Made by a program: the position numbers and the translations under genes
In this document: positions 37,100 through 48,400 of the stretch, piece by piece
How positions within the stretch are numbered: the first letter of the stretch is position 1
How the letters are laid out: every line of letters starts with the position of its first letter
The notes under the pieces: generated by a model
Databases searched by the model: none
Told to the model about the DNA's origin: nothing
What the model saw: only the letters and a program-made list of their open reading frames with translations
Assembly: GCA_000708835.1 (NCBI GenBank)
Contig: DF237117.1
Coordinates: 62,001-126,000, forward strand
Direction of reading: 5' to 3'
Length of the DNA: 64,000 bases
Origin: Klebsormidium nitens
Lineage: Eukaryota; Plantae; Klebsormidiophyceae

Positions 37100-38285
37100 T
37101 GAGCGAATGGCGATCTTTCGAGCAGCTATTGGAATTTGAGTAGTCTCTGTTCTATCACGCACTCCTTTTAAGGACACAACGAGAAGCTTGGAGAACGACG
37201 TTACGAGAAACGAAAACCACCATGTGACGAAGTGACTTCGTCGTACTATCCGTCCCTGACGTCACTCTTGTTGGTCCCTCGTCGCCAGATGGACGAACCG
37301 GCGCACTACTTCCGGAAGATTCTCGAGCGGATGGAACAAGAGGCGAGCCACCAGACCCGGCTCTTTCTTTCCGACCACTTGTTGCTTAGTACTCATCGGC
37401 AAGCGCGAAATTAGTTGCTTCCAATCTTGGATTGTGCGCAAAAATCTGTGCGACGGGCAATGCTGATCGGAACCGAGACTTCTTCTCATCCGCTTTAGTT
37501 CCGCGTACGTAGATCATCTTACTACAATTTGGTTTCTGCTTTTCGGACGCCAAAAGTATCTTGAAATCTGAGCCAGGGTCGTCCAACAGCGGCGCTCGAA
37601 AGGCGATATCTCGAAGCGGTAGTCAGTACGGAAGAGACGTCAGCAGACCCTTTGACGGTTTGCTTCTTCGCAGTGAACCTTTATATCACCCGCTATCTGT
37701 CCTGCTTCTCCGTCTGAAAGCGACAAAACTCCCAACGATCGTCGTTCATAAACTTGCAAGGTCATTGCGATGGAGATCGGCATAGCAGGCCGACGGGCCT
37801 GACGCAAATGAGGCGTACTACTGCAAAGTTGACCAGCGAATTTGTGACTACTTCTGCTTTCGCGGCTGACATCAGGCAGAATCCACGCTCACTTTGATAA
37901 TCACTTTTGAAATCTGGGTTTGCAGGCCGAATGGCGTGACGTGGTGGAGACGTTAGCAAAAATCGTGAATAGCAAACAATGACGTCGGATTTAGAATCCG
38001 AAGTTAGGCAGTGTTTAGGTTTTTAAGAATCATAATAACAATCCCAGACCCTGGTTAACTAGCTCTCAAACCCTGGGTTCAGGCTGACGGGCGCTGGCAT
38101 CTTTGGCGACGTGTTGCAGAACGGCCAATCTGTGACGTCCGCCTAACGAGCGGACGTTAGATAGACTTCACGTCCCCTTTAATCAGCTTCAAATACTAAG
38201 TTTGCAGGCGGATGGGCGCACTGGTGTTCCTCGCGGCTTACTGCAAGAACCAGGGGCTTCTGCATGAGGCGGAGCAGTATGTGGT
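37100..38285 (+). pseudogene. Decayed segmental duplicate of APC8 intron10-exon11-intron11-exon12 (source ~31400-32870)
   Basis: Exon 11 copy ATGGACGAACCGGCGCACTACTTCCGGAAG at 37289 with a damaged donor. Intron sequences align (e.g. GAGACGTCAGCAGACCCTTTGACGG at ~37635 vs ~31917). Exon 12 copy at 38208-38280 carries a 14-nt deletion. Confidence 0.85.
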
Positions 38286-39454
38286 CGTTGGTAGCACAGC
38301 CTGGCAGGCCGTCTCTAAAGCATCGTTCTTTGAGTCGTCACATGTGCGGTTTTGTCCACAAGGCCTTCGGAACCAGTTCAAGCAACTGGCATGCTTCGTT
38401 TGACCTATTCAATCATACATTTACTCTCTCATGCTCGAATTTGGAAAAATAAATACACCGGCCGTTACAAAAGAGAGCTGGCACACCTTTCATGATGTGC
38501 ACACACACACTCATACATGTATGCCATGAGAAGCCTATGGCCTATTTGGCTACGGCGAGAACGAAAAGAGACCATGTGCGGAACTACTGAGCGGCAAGAC
38601 TGTATGCACGCGTTGCATGTGCTCAAGCCGAGTGGCGGAGATCCGGGGCCCTGAAGTAACTCAATGAACATGCCATGATGCCATTCAAGGTATATATACG
38701 CGGCCGCCTATACCATATACAATGCAGCTAGCACTAGCAACACAACATATGAATGACAGCGCGTATACTGTTGTTAGTATAGTACTACATGTCATACTCC
38801 TATAAGCTTCCCAATGATCGCCGCATATACGTGCATGTGCACGCTATATATAGGTCCTATATACACGTGACTCAGTACAGCTTTTACTTAATTTAAGTCA
38901 ATCCAAAGCATGCTACTTCAGAATTGTTTATCTCAACGCTCAGTTGGACGAATTGGTCCGTCTCGCGTTCAAATGAACGGTCGATTGGCGGCCATCAGCT
39001 TTCTAGGAGCATGCAAGCAAGCGAGCGCGTGACTGAACGACATTCACTGTCGCACGCATATTGTCTAATATCAGGGCATGCGAACAATGTAGCGAGTAAG
39101 GACAAGCGTGACTGAAGCCTACTTTTTCTGCATATTTCTACGCCTAAATCATCGTGATCGAACTTGAACTTGAATTCGGTATGGACGGTGCATATCCGAT
39201 CTCTTCCACTTCCCTTGTGTGTGCCTTTATCGAGAATGGAACTCACTCTCAAACTTCACCACCTTGTCATCCATGTATTTCCAAAGCCGCGCCCAGCAAT
39301 TACGTACCTATATCCTCTGCTATCCGGATGTTACCATTCACGTTGCATCTGTCAATACAATGCGAGTATAAATGTCTATACCCTCGCCGAACTGGCTCAA
39401 CAACACGCCCCATCAGCAACTCACAACAACGTGCGTACAAAACGAAAAACGCGT

Positions 39455-42400
39455 CTACCAGTATTCCACCGTTACCGCTTTCGTGCGGAGATACTCATCA
39501 AGCGCCTCTTGTCCAAGATCCTTTCCAAACCCGGACTGTTTCCAACCGCCAAAGGGCGCGGCAACGTCCGTTTTATTGTACGTATTGACGTAAACCGTTC
39601 CCGCTTGCAACCCGTCAGCAACTTTTAGCGCCTTGTTAAGGTCCTTAGTGAAGACGCCTGACGCGAGGCCGTATTCGGTGGCGTTCGCCCGTTTCAACAC
39701 CTGGCACGACGAGAGAAAATTCAGGAAGTAACTAGACTGGGCAAGCATTCGTATCAAGCTCAGATTGAACCTCACGACTGGTCGGCCAACAGCAACCTCA
39801 CCAGTGATGGCAATCTTTGGACACGACAGACGTAATATTTGAAAGTTCCCGAAACTCCTGGAAGAGGACGATTGCGGAGGAATCACCCGTGATTTAGCGA
39901 TGACGTCTGTTACTGATGGCGTTCAGTTCTTGTCAGGAGCAGCGCTGCAAACTTGCTCGTAGCAGCCTCTACAATTGGCAGCACCGAACCTACGAACAGA
40001 GTACCCGCAATTCGGGATTGACTCATGACTTTGAGGGTCCAAACGTGCACTTCAACTCCACATAAAAATTCTCACCTTGTCAAATTACAGACAGAAGCTT
40101 CTCAACCTTGAGGTTTCGACGTCGAAGTCATCCGTCATCCACTTTCAAACAAGTGCAACAATGTTTCCTACGGGGTTACAAATGCACTTTAAAACGGTCC
40201 CCCGCCCCCCCCGGAATGTTGCCGGTGTCCGTAAGCCGAAAGATCCACCGTCCCTTGCTTTGATTGAAGCCTCACCTTACCCGTCCTCCGTTTATTAAAG
40301 AATTGCAGTAGTGTTTTCCGGGGGGGGTAAAATGCAGATTGAAAGGTTCCCCCTGCGGAAACGTTGCCGGTGTCCGTAAACCAGAAGACCCACCGTCCCA
40401 TGCTTGGTTAAAGCCTCACCTCATCGAGAGTCTCAAACTTCGAGATCAGCATAATCGGCCCGAACGACTCCTCAGTCGCTGCAACCGTGCCGTCTTCCAC
40501 TCCGGTTATGACCGTAGGCTCCAGGAAGAAGCCCCGCGTGCCAACACGTTTACCGCCGTAGACTACGGTTGCCCCCTCTTTCACCGCCGTCTGCACAGAG
40601 GAGTCCTTGGGTGTAACTTGGGAAGCACTTTTGAAGGGTTTACAGGAAGTTGGTTACGGATACTTGCGCCCAATCGGAACAACCGAATTGGCAGCGCCAC
40701 ACTGCAGGGGTGCTGTGGCGGCGCTCCAATCGTCTGCTACTTTTCCGAGCCACACGTGACTGTTCTTTAGTGCGTTGAGGTGGAGCCGGTAGCGAGTCTG
40801 ATGGAAGCGAATGACCGTAGCGAATGGGGGTTGGGGACAGGTTCAGTGCGTTTCCCCCCGAGGAGAAGATGGACACATGCCGACACGCTTGCGCTTCAGC
40901 CTAAGGTGGCCCATTTGCATTTGTAGCTAGAGTACACAATACAGTCCTCGTCTAGAAACAGACTCTTTGCCACTCCTGTTTAAACAGGGACAGATCGATA
41001 GTCTGATGTTGAGACTGTAACGAAGATGAACGTCTCCTACTCATCTTCCTCCTGTAGAATCCATAGGAGGGGACGATAAGCGATGCTTACCTCAATATAC
41101 GCCACCAGCTTGTCGAAGTGCGCCTTATGGTTCTGCGGCCCGTGCACGGTCGTGCGGTCCAGCGGGTCCCCGATCTTCATCTTCCGGACGTCCGAAACGA
41201 CAGCTTCTACAAACTTGTCGTGTACGGAGGATTCCACAAACACGCGTCCGGCGGCGATGCAATTCTCGCCCTTGTTGAAGAAGACGGCCTGGCCGGCTTG
41301 TCGAACGGCCCGGTCGAAATCGGCATCCGCAAAGACGATGAGCGGGGATTTACCGCCAAGCTCCAACGAGACCTGGGATAAGTTGAAGAAAGAACTTCAA
41401 TCTAGACATCGTTTACGGTTTCGAGATTTCAGGGGTTTGAAGAGAAGCTCTACAATCGAAGAAGACGGCTTGACCAGCTTGCCGAACGGCGCGATCGAAG
41501 TCGCCGTCTGCGAAGACAATCAGCAAAGACTTGCCCCCGAGCTCCAATGAGACCTGCGATGTTTTGAACAAAGAAAGTCAAGCTAGACCATCGTTTGTTG
41601 TTTCGACTTTTCAGGGATGTAAAGAGAAGCTCCAAAATCGAGGGAGACGGCTTGACCCGCTTGTCGAACGGCGCGGTCGAAGGGCGTCTGCGAAGACGAT
41701 GAGCGGGGACTCGCCACCTAACTCTAAAGAGACCTACAAAGAAAATTGGGACTTTCAAAATCAGTCAAAAGTACCAGTATTAATCTCCATTTTTGAGGGC
41801 CTGACCCGCTTCCCGAACGGCACGGTCGAAGTCGGCGTCTGCGAAAAGATAATCATCGTGGACTTGCCGCCCAGTTCCAGCGAGACCTGCGAAGCGTGAA
41901 CGTAGAGCGTTGGGGTTTGGGAGGTGAAGACTCTCAAGTTGACTGATGTTTGAAGGCCTTCAAATGGCGCGGTCGCTTGCGAGGACGATCAGCAGAAAAC
42001 GGCAGTTATCGATTTGTTGAAGTCAAACAAAATCGTGCACCATAAATGCTAGGCTCAAGCTATTTAGTTTCTGAACTGGTAAGTCTTGTGAAAGTTGCGG
42101 GCTGACCACGCGGCACGTTTAAAGTCGGCGGCTGGGGCGATAAAGAGGGAAGCGTTGCACTTAGATGCATTCGGCTCGAAAAGACGGACGGATGCGCACA
42201 GTCCTAGAGACACCGGATTTCTGTTGGACCTCGAAAACATGAGAGAGCAGACTCAAGCACCCAAGCGAAACGCTCAGAGGAAGTAGACATGTTCGGAGCA
42301 GATTCAAGCAATGTGGCTCAGTGTGCTTCAGATTCAAGGATAGAAGCCAAGGGTTTCCACGTTTTTCAAGCCACGTGCCTTACTGCAAAAAAATCAGGTC

Positions 42401-45400
42401 CGAGCATGCTATCGTCGGGGTAAAAACGTTCCTGAGAGCCAGACAATTGATTTGTTTTCTGCCCGAACTACAAGAGGTTGCGGTGTGGCTCTTGCAGTCA
42501 GTCCGTTCTGCATTCGATCTGCACCCCTCACCTTCTTGAGGGTCTTCGCAGCGCCCCCCATGATCATCTTTCCGACGGGCGTCGACCCGGTGAAGCCGAC
42601 TTTCCGGATCGAAGGGTGGTCGGTAATCGCATTCCCGACCACACTCCCCGCGCCAAGAACCACGTTCACAACACCGGGGGGAAACCCCGCCTTGAGCGTC
42701 AGCTCCGCGAACTTGAGCGCCGTCAGCGGAGTCACCTGGGCAGGAGAGGAGCTGACGTCAGCGGTGCCTATGCTGGCGATATTATTTTCGTCGTGGTCAG
42801 CATGAGTGGAAAGTCAACAACGTTCACGACCCCGGCATGGAACCCCGCCTCGGGCGTCAGCTCCGCGAACTTGAGCTCCGTCAGCGGAGTCACCTGGGCA
42901 GGCCAGGTGCTGACGTCAGCGGTGCACATGCTGACGACAATTTGCATTTTGGCGACATCGGGAGAGGACGTCATGGCTGCTAATGCTGATGTTGGGCGCT
43001 GCCTATGCTGGTAAGTAAGGGTGGTGCTAAGAATGCTTATGGTCTTAATCACCTCCAGATCAGCTCCAAAATAGCTTTGCCGTCTGGCATATGTTTGTGA
43101 CAGAACCAGGGGCGGGAAGACGTAATTGGAAGTGTTGGCCGGCGGAAAAACACAAGCCAGCCTTATAATACCAGGACAACAAAGGCTGATAGCGTAGCAA
43201 ACAGCTCTGTACAGTCATTGTGATCAAGACCTTAGACAAAGTGCTCCTACTCTCAGTCACACGCGTCCCTCGCAACATCAGTCAGAAGGGTCTTTCATGT
43301 TACGTTCCTGGGCGCTTCTTAAATCCTCGCTTATGCGACATTTTACCAATCATTTCACCGGAAATTCGCATTCGACTGCCAGATTTTGCACCAGAGGCAG
43401 ACAAGGAAGGGGCAACGTTGAAGCCACTCCTTTCTTCTTCTCCATATTGTCAGCAATTCGGGTTCTGTAACTTCGCTGAGTCACAAAGCCCACCTTTATA
43501 CGCAGAAAGAAAGTGTTGATTTTCGCTCACCTCCGCTGGTTTCAACACGAGCGTATTCCCCGCCGCCAGGCACGCAGCCGCCTTCCACGCCACCATCATG
43601 AGGGGGTAATTCCAGGGCACAATCAACCCCACCACGCCGATGGGCTCTCGTCGCGTGAAGCAGAGGTTTTTGCTCGGGCGGGAATCGTTGATGGGGATCG
43701 TGCGGCCCTCGATCTTGTCCGCGAGGCCGGCGAAATAGCGGAACGTGTCGACGGACATGCCCACGTGGGTCTTGACCGCGAGCGTATAAACAGCGCCTGA
43801 ACAGAAACGTAATGCAGAAGTATTGGGGTTTCGTTCTTGAAGTGTTGTGTTTGAGTATGCTTGTAAAGTCAGACCGGCGAAGTAGCGGAGCGTGTCGATG
43901 GACATGCCCACGTGGGTCTTGACGGCGAGCGTATATACAGCACCTGACAAAAAACGCAATGCGGAGGTTTCAGGTTTTCGATGTTTGTAAGCGGATATGG
44001 GAGCTTTTAGTTGTGACAAGACCGGCAAAGTGGCGGAGTGTGTCGACGAATATGCCCACGTGGGCCTTGACGGCGAGCGTATAACAGCGCCTGGAAGGAA
44101 GTACACGCTTGACATATCTTAGGTTGGGTATTTTAGGTCAGTAAACAGGTTTTGTTTGTGTGGCGGGGCTGGCAACGAAGCGGAATGCGTCGACGGACAT
44201 GCGCACGTGGGTTTTGACAGCGAGCGTGTACACAGCGCCTGCAAAGTCACACGCGTGTTCTCAAGCTTGGTGCGGACTTTTATTTTTGTGGTACAGGGAG
44301 ACTGGCTGAATGTCGAAATAGATTCACGGCAAGTCTCGACAGCAAGTTACAGCACCTGATAGATCGATAAAGGCACAGCCTTTGAAATTATCTGAAGTTT
44401 CGGGTATCTTTTCAAACTTGATTTCAGACTGGTTGGGTTGACGAGGCTGGGGGAAAACCGGAATACCTTCATGGACGTGCCTGCACAACTTTTGCCAGTG
44501 AGCACGTACACTTCACCTAGACACACACTTCCAAGATCCGAGATTGTGCGGCTGGTAGGCGTAAATCAGAGTTTGCTTGCGAGACTGGCGGGGTGGCAAA
44601 ACATGCTCAAAAAATGCTCTTCAAGTCAATGAACCAACAGCTACAAGAGCTGTCTGCTCATCCCCGCGCTGAACCTGGGCAAGACACGTCATAGTGGCTG
44701 ATAGGCTCTCGCCTCCGTACCTGAGTCCAAGCTCTCGATCGTTGCCAGCTCCTCCTTGTTCTGCTCCATCAGATCGGCCAGCTTCATCAGCAACTTGCCC
44801 CGGTCGCGTGCGCTGATTTTCCGCCACTCGCCGTTCTCGAACGCATCCTGAGATAAACGGAAAAGTCCTTCTTCGTGCCACTTTCGGTACTACTTCAATC
44901 ATGTCTCTTCTCAACTTCCTCTGTAGAATGCTTTGTTGTGGTCCCGCGCAAGAAGAAACTGCAGGACTCACTCGGCAAGAATGTCGAACACATTTCGAAC
45001 ACGCGTTTAAGTGGGAAGCCTCTGACCCGGATGCCATTACAAGGAGGGTTTGACTGGCACAGACGTCAACGGCTGGGATGGGTCGCAAGTATCTTGTTCC
45101 ATATTGACCACCTAACGACAGAGTTTCTACTTTTGGGGCACTCTAAAACACTTGCATGCAACCTGACCGTTTCTCCAGTCTTGCTAACCCGGTCGATGAT
45201 GCGATCGAACAAAGCTAAGGGCGATCCGCTCACCTTTGCTGACGTCACAGCTCCGTCGACGTCCGCCGCGCTCCCGTCCGCCACGTCAACAATCACCTCC
45301 TCTGTCGCAGGGTTTATCGTGGGCCGGGTTTTCCCCTCTGACCCGTCCACAAACCTCCCCCCGATAAAGTGCTGCACTGGCAAACTGAGCTCTAACCCGT

Positions 45401-48400
45401 TCGCCCTAACCTTAACCGTCTTATACTCTGCCGCGCTGGATTTCGTTTTCAGAACCGTTTTGACGAAGTCGCCGTATGTGGGTGCCCGGTAGATGTCCTC
45501 TGGGTCAATTACTAGGCCTACGCTAGACTGCAGGTTTTCTACTAGGCGGGTTGCGTCGAGGGAACCAGCGCCTTGGGCGAAGAAGTCGGTGTCCGAGGAA
45601 ACCTGCGGGAACGGGGGTTGCATGTTAGGAAATGTGAAGTCAAGCAATTTGCAACATTCCCTACGATGGAAGGTTTTTGAACGCATGTTGTCAAACGGAC
45701 CGACTTCTTGTGCAAATCATCAGTTTCTGGAGGTATCGCTGCACAAGAATTGGTAACATTCTCAATTCCGATGGAGCGAAGATTCAACGCTAGCCCTCAA
45801 GGGCTAGGCTCGACTGAGATTCACCAATATGAGCTTTGCTTTGACGGCACAAGGTACAACAACAGGCGGTCTCCGTGCGCGATCGACGATCCAAGGAAAA
45901 GTAAGGTCGGGGCTGGTATAGCTACTTCAACGGCTTGGGATAGGGATGGGTGCGGAGCAGACAATCACGGCCTCAATCACGGTTTTTAGCATTGGAAACG
46001 CTTCGTTGCCAGATTGAGAGGTACCTTGAGGAGGCGTATGCCACGTTCAGGGCAAGGTAAAGTCCGACGCCGAAACTACAAAAAGCAACCCCCTCCGCCT
46101 CACCGTTTCCACCCCCAATATGTCCTTCCACACCGCCTCAATCGCCGCCCGCGCCGCCGCTTCGTCCACTTTCGGGGCCTCCTTTTTCCCGCCCCCCTCG
46201 TTGCTACTCTCCCCAAGAAGGTCTGCGGCCGGCAAGCTTTTCCCGCCCACTTTCACTGACGTCACCAACAGTTTCTCGCCGTCAGAGCCGGTCAGCACAA
46301 GGCCCTGCCCGGTGACAAACCCCGGGTGCTTGCTCCCCTCGATTTCCACGGGCTTTCCATCGGTGGGAATGCCCCCCGACGGCGTTCGAGTGGAGCCGTA
46401 AAGCGTGGTTTCCTACCATTTGCGAGAGGAGAAGATTGAGTTGCTGATTATCTTGCCTTCGGAAAAGTTAACGACGTATGCACCTTCCCGGTTTCTTGTC
46501 TTGCAAGCTTCATAATTCGGTTGGAAAGAGCTGCGCAAGCTGGTGCTAGAAGTGGCGCGTCGTGCTGTGCTTTCAGCGCTAAAGGCAACAAGAACTCGTC
46601 ACACCACGGCGGCTCGATCGGAAAGGATATTGCAGGGTCTTCATGCAGAAAAACTCCGTGTTTCTCTAAACCAGAAATTGAAAGTCAGCGCAAGTATGGA
46701 AGTGAACTACACGTTGGTTAGGTTCAACCAAACTAACCAAGTTGGGCAGACTCCCATTGCTCTCGATTGTTTGTAGGGCCGACTTTTAACACTAAGCACC
46801 CGGGGGACGGGTGTGGTTACTTTGGGGGTTAGGGTGGGTGCGGGTGCGGAGCGCGAACTATCTCGACTTAATGTTTTTGATTGAGATGCCCGGGGCTTAT
46901 GTATCCAAGAACTATCTCCTGTTGATACAATCTTGAGTAACCATTATGTTGGGCATCGGTCCAAAGCGTTGCGTTAGTCTGCCGTTAGACGAATACCTGG
47001 GAAAATCTCCGTTGGATATCTGGTCTGTATCGAACATTATCATAAGACCCCTTCAGATTCAACATTCAGGTCTGGTTTTGTGCGGATTAAGTTTGCACTT
47101 TATCTGGTCGTTAATCAAGGGCCGCTCTGTTTCTCACACGTGTTGGCTCCAGCTTTTCGAGACCTCTGTAACACGTTCGTTTACCTCAACTCGGTTCGTG
47201 CGAAAAAGCTTGCGGATTGCCTGGCCGTTAACCACGGCCCACGTCCCGGGCACTCTGTTGTTGCCCCAGGCAAAGTCGCGGGTCTCCTTTTAAACCCAAC
47301 TAACCGCGCATTCAAACATATGTGGAATCGTGCGGGTTAAAACTTCAACTCACCTGGCCGTTGACTACGGCCCACGCCCCGGGCACTCTGTCGTTCCCCC
47401 GGATGAAGTCGTGGATCTGCTGACCGGTCTTGTCGAAATCAATGCGGGCCTTAACGGGGTCCTGCAAAGATGGGTAATACCAGGTTGAGACTAAACTACA
47501 CTCGCTGAGGAGTCAACAAGCATCCTACTCAGATTTATAAGTCGATTGCTGTCGGTTGGAGGTCCGAAGTTGTGACGATTTCGCTGGGTCAGCATTTCAG
47601 AGCTTGTGACAGCTGGTGAACGGAACTAACAGTCGATCTCAACAGGAGCTTCAGAGCTGCAACTTGGGGGTTGCACCGAACGCAACCGAAAGAAAGGACC
47701 GGAAAATTCATGACGTCTTCACAACAACTCCTCGAGGGCTCAGCCATCGTGACTGTAGCCTAAAGCAAATGGTCAAGTGCGAAGCTCCCCAGCCGAAGCG
47801 CGACTCTGCAATCAGTAAGCACTGAGAGATCCCTCATCTCGCAGAAAGTAAGGATGTTGGAGAGAAGAAGGAGGTATCTCTGACCTTCCAAAGCGGATCG
47901 TAGGTCGCCCCTTCCGTCGGCTGGACGATACGGGGGGCTTCACCGGCTGCTATGAGGTCGACCGCATCCCCGACCGCTTTCACGCCCTCAGGGAATAGGA
48001 ACCGCTTATCTGTTGGCGGAATGGATATGATATAAGCGATAGCATAGGTTATGAGCGGCTACGGCGTTTCCAAGCTGCTATCAGGTCGACCGCATCTCCG
48101 ACCGCCTTGGCCCCTCCGGAACAAGAAAACGCTCATCTGCAGGGGAAAGGGGAATGCATATAAGCAGATGCAAGGCTATGGAAAGTGCGTGCGAGAACCC
48201 AGCTGCTATCAGGTCGACCACATTCCCTCGGGGAAGATGCCCATCTGCGGGGCAGGATGGGTAAGCTTAAATGAATCGCATAAGCCAGGTGCGGATGCGA
48301 CATTGTCCAGTCGATAGTATGATCCGACCACCTTGACCCCGTTGGGAACACGAACCGCTAATCTACAGGAGAGGGGAACCAATCCATTAAAGACCGCGAA

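Noticed and set aside
41373-44520. Echoes as processed (retro) pseudogene fragments
   Set aside because: The units contain intron sequence and splice sites and never join two exons.
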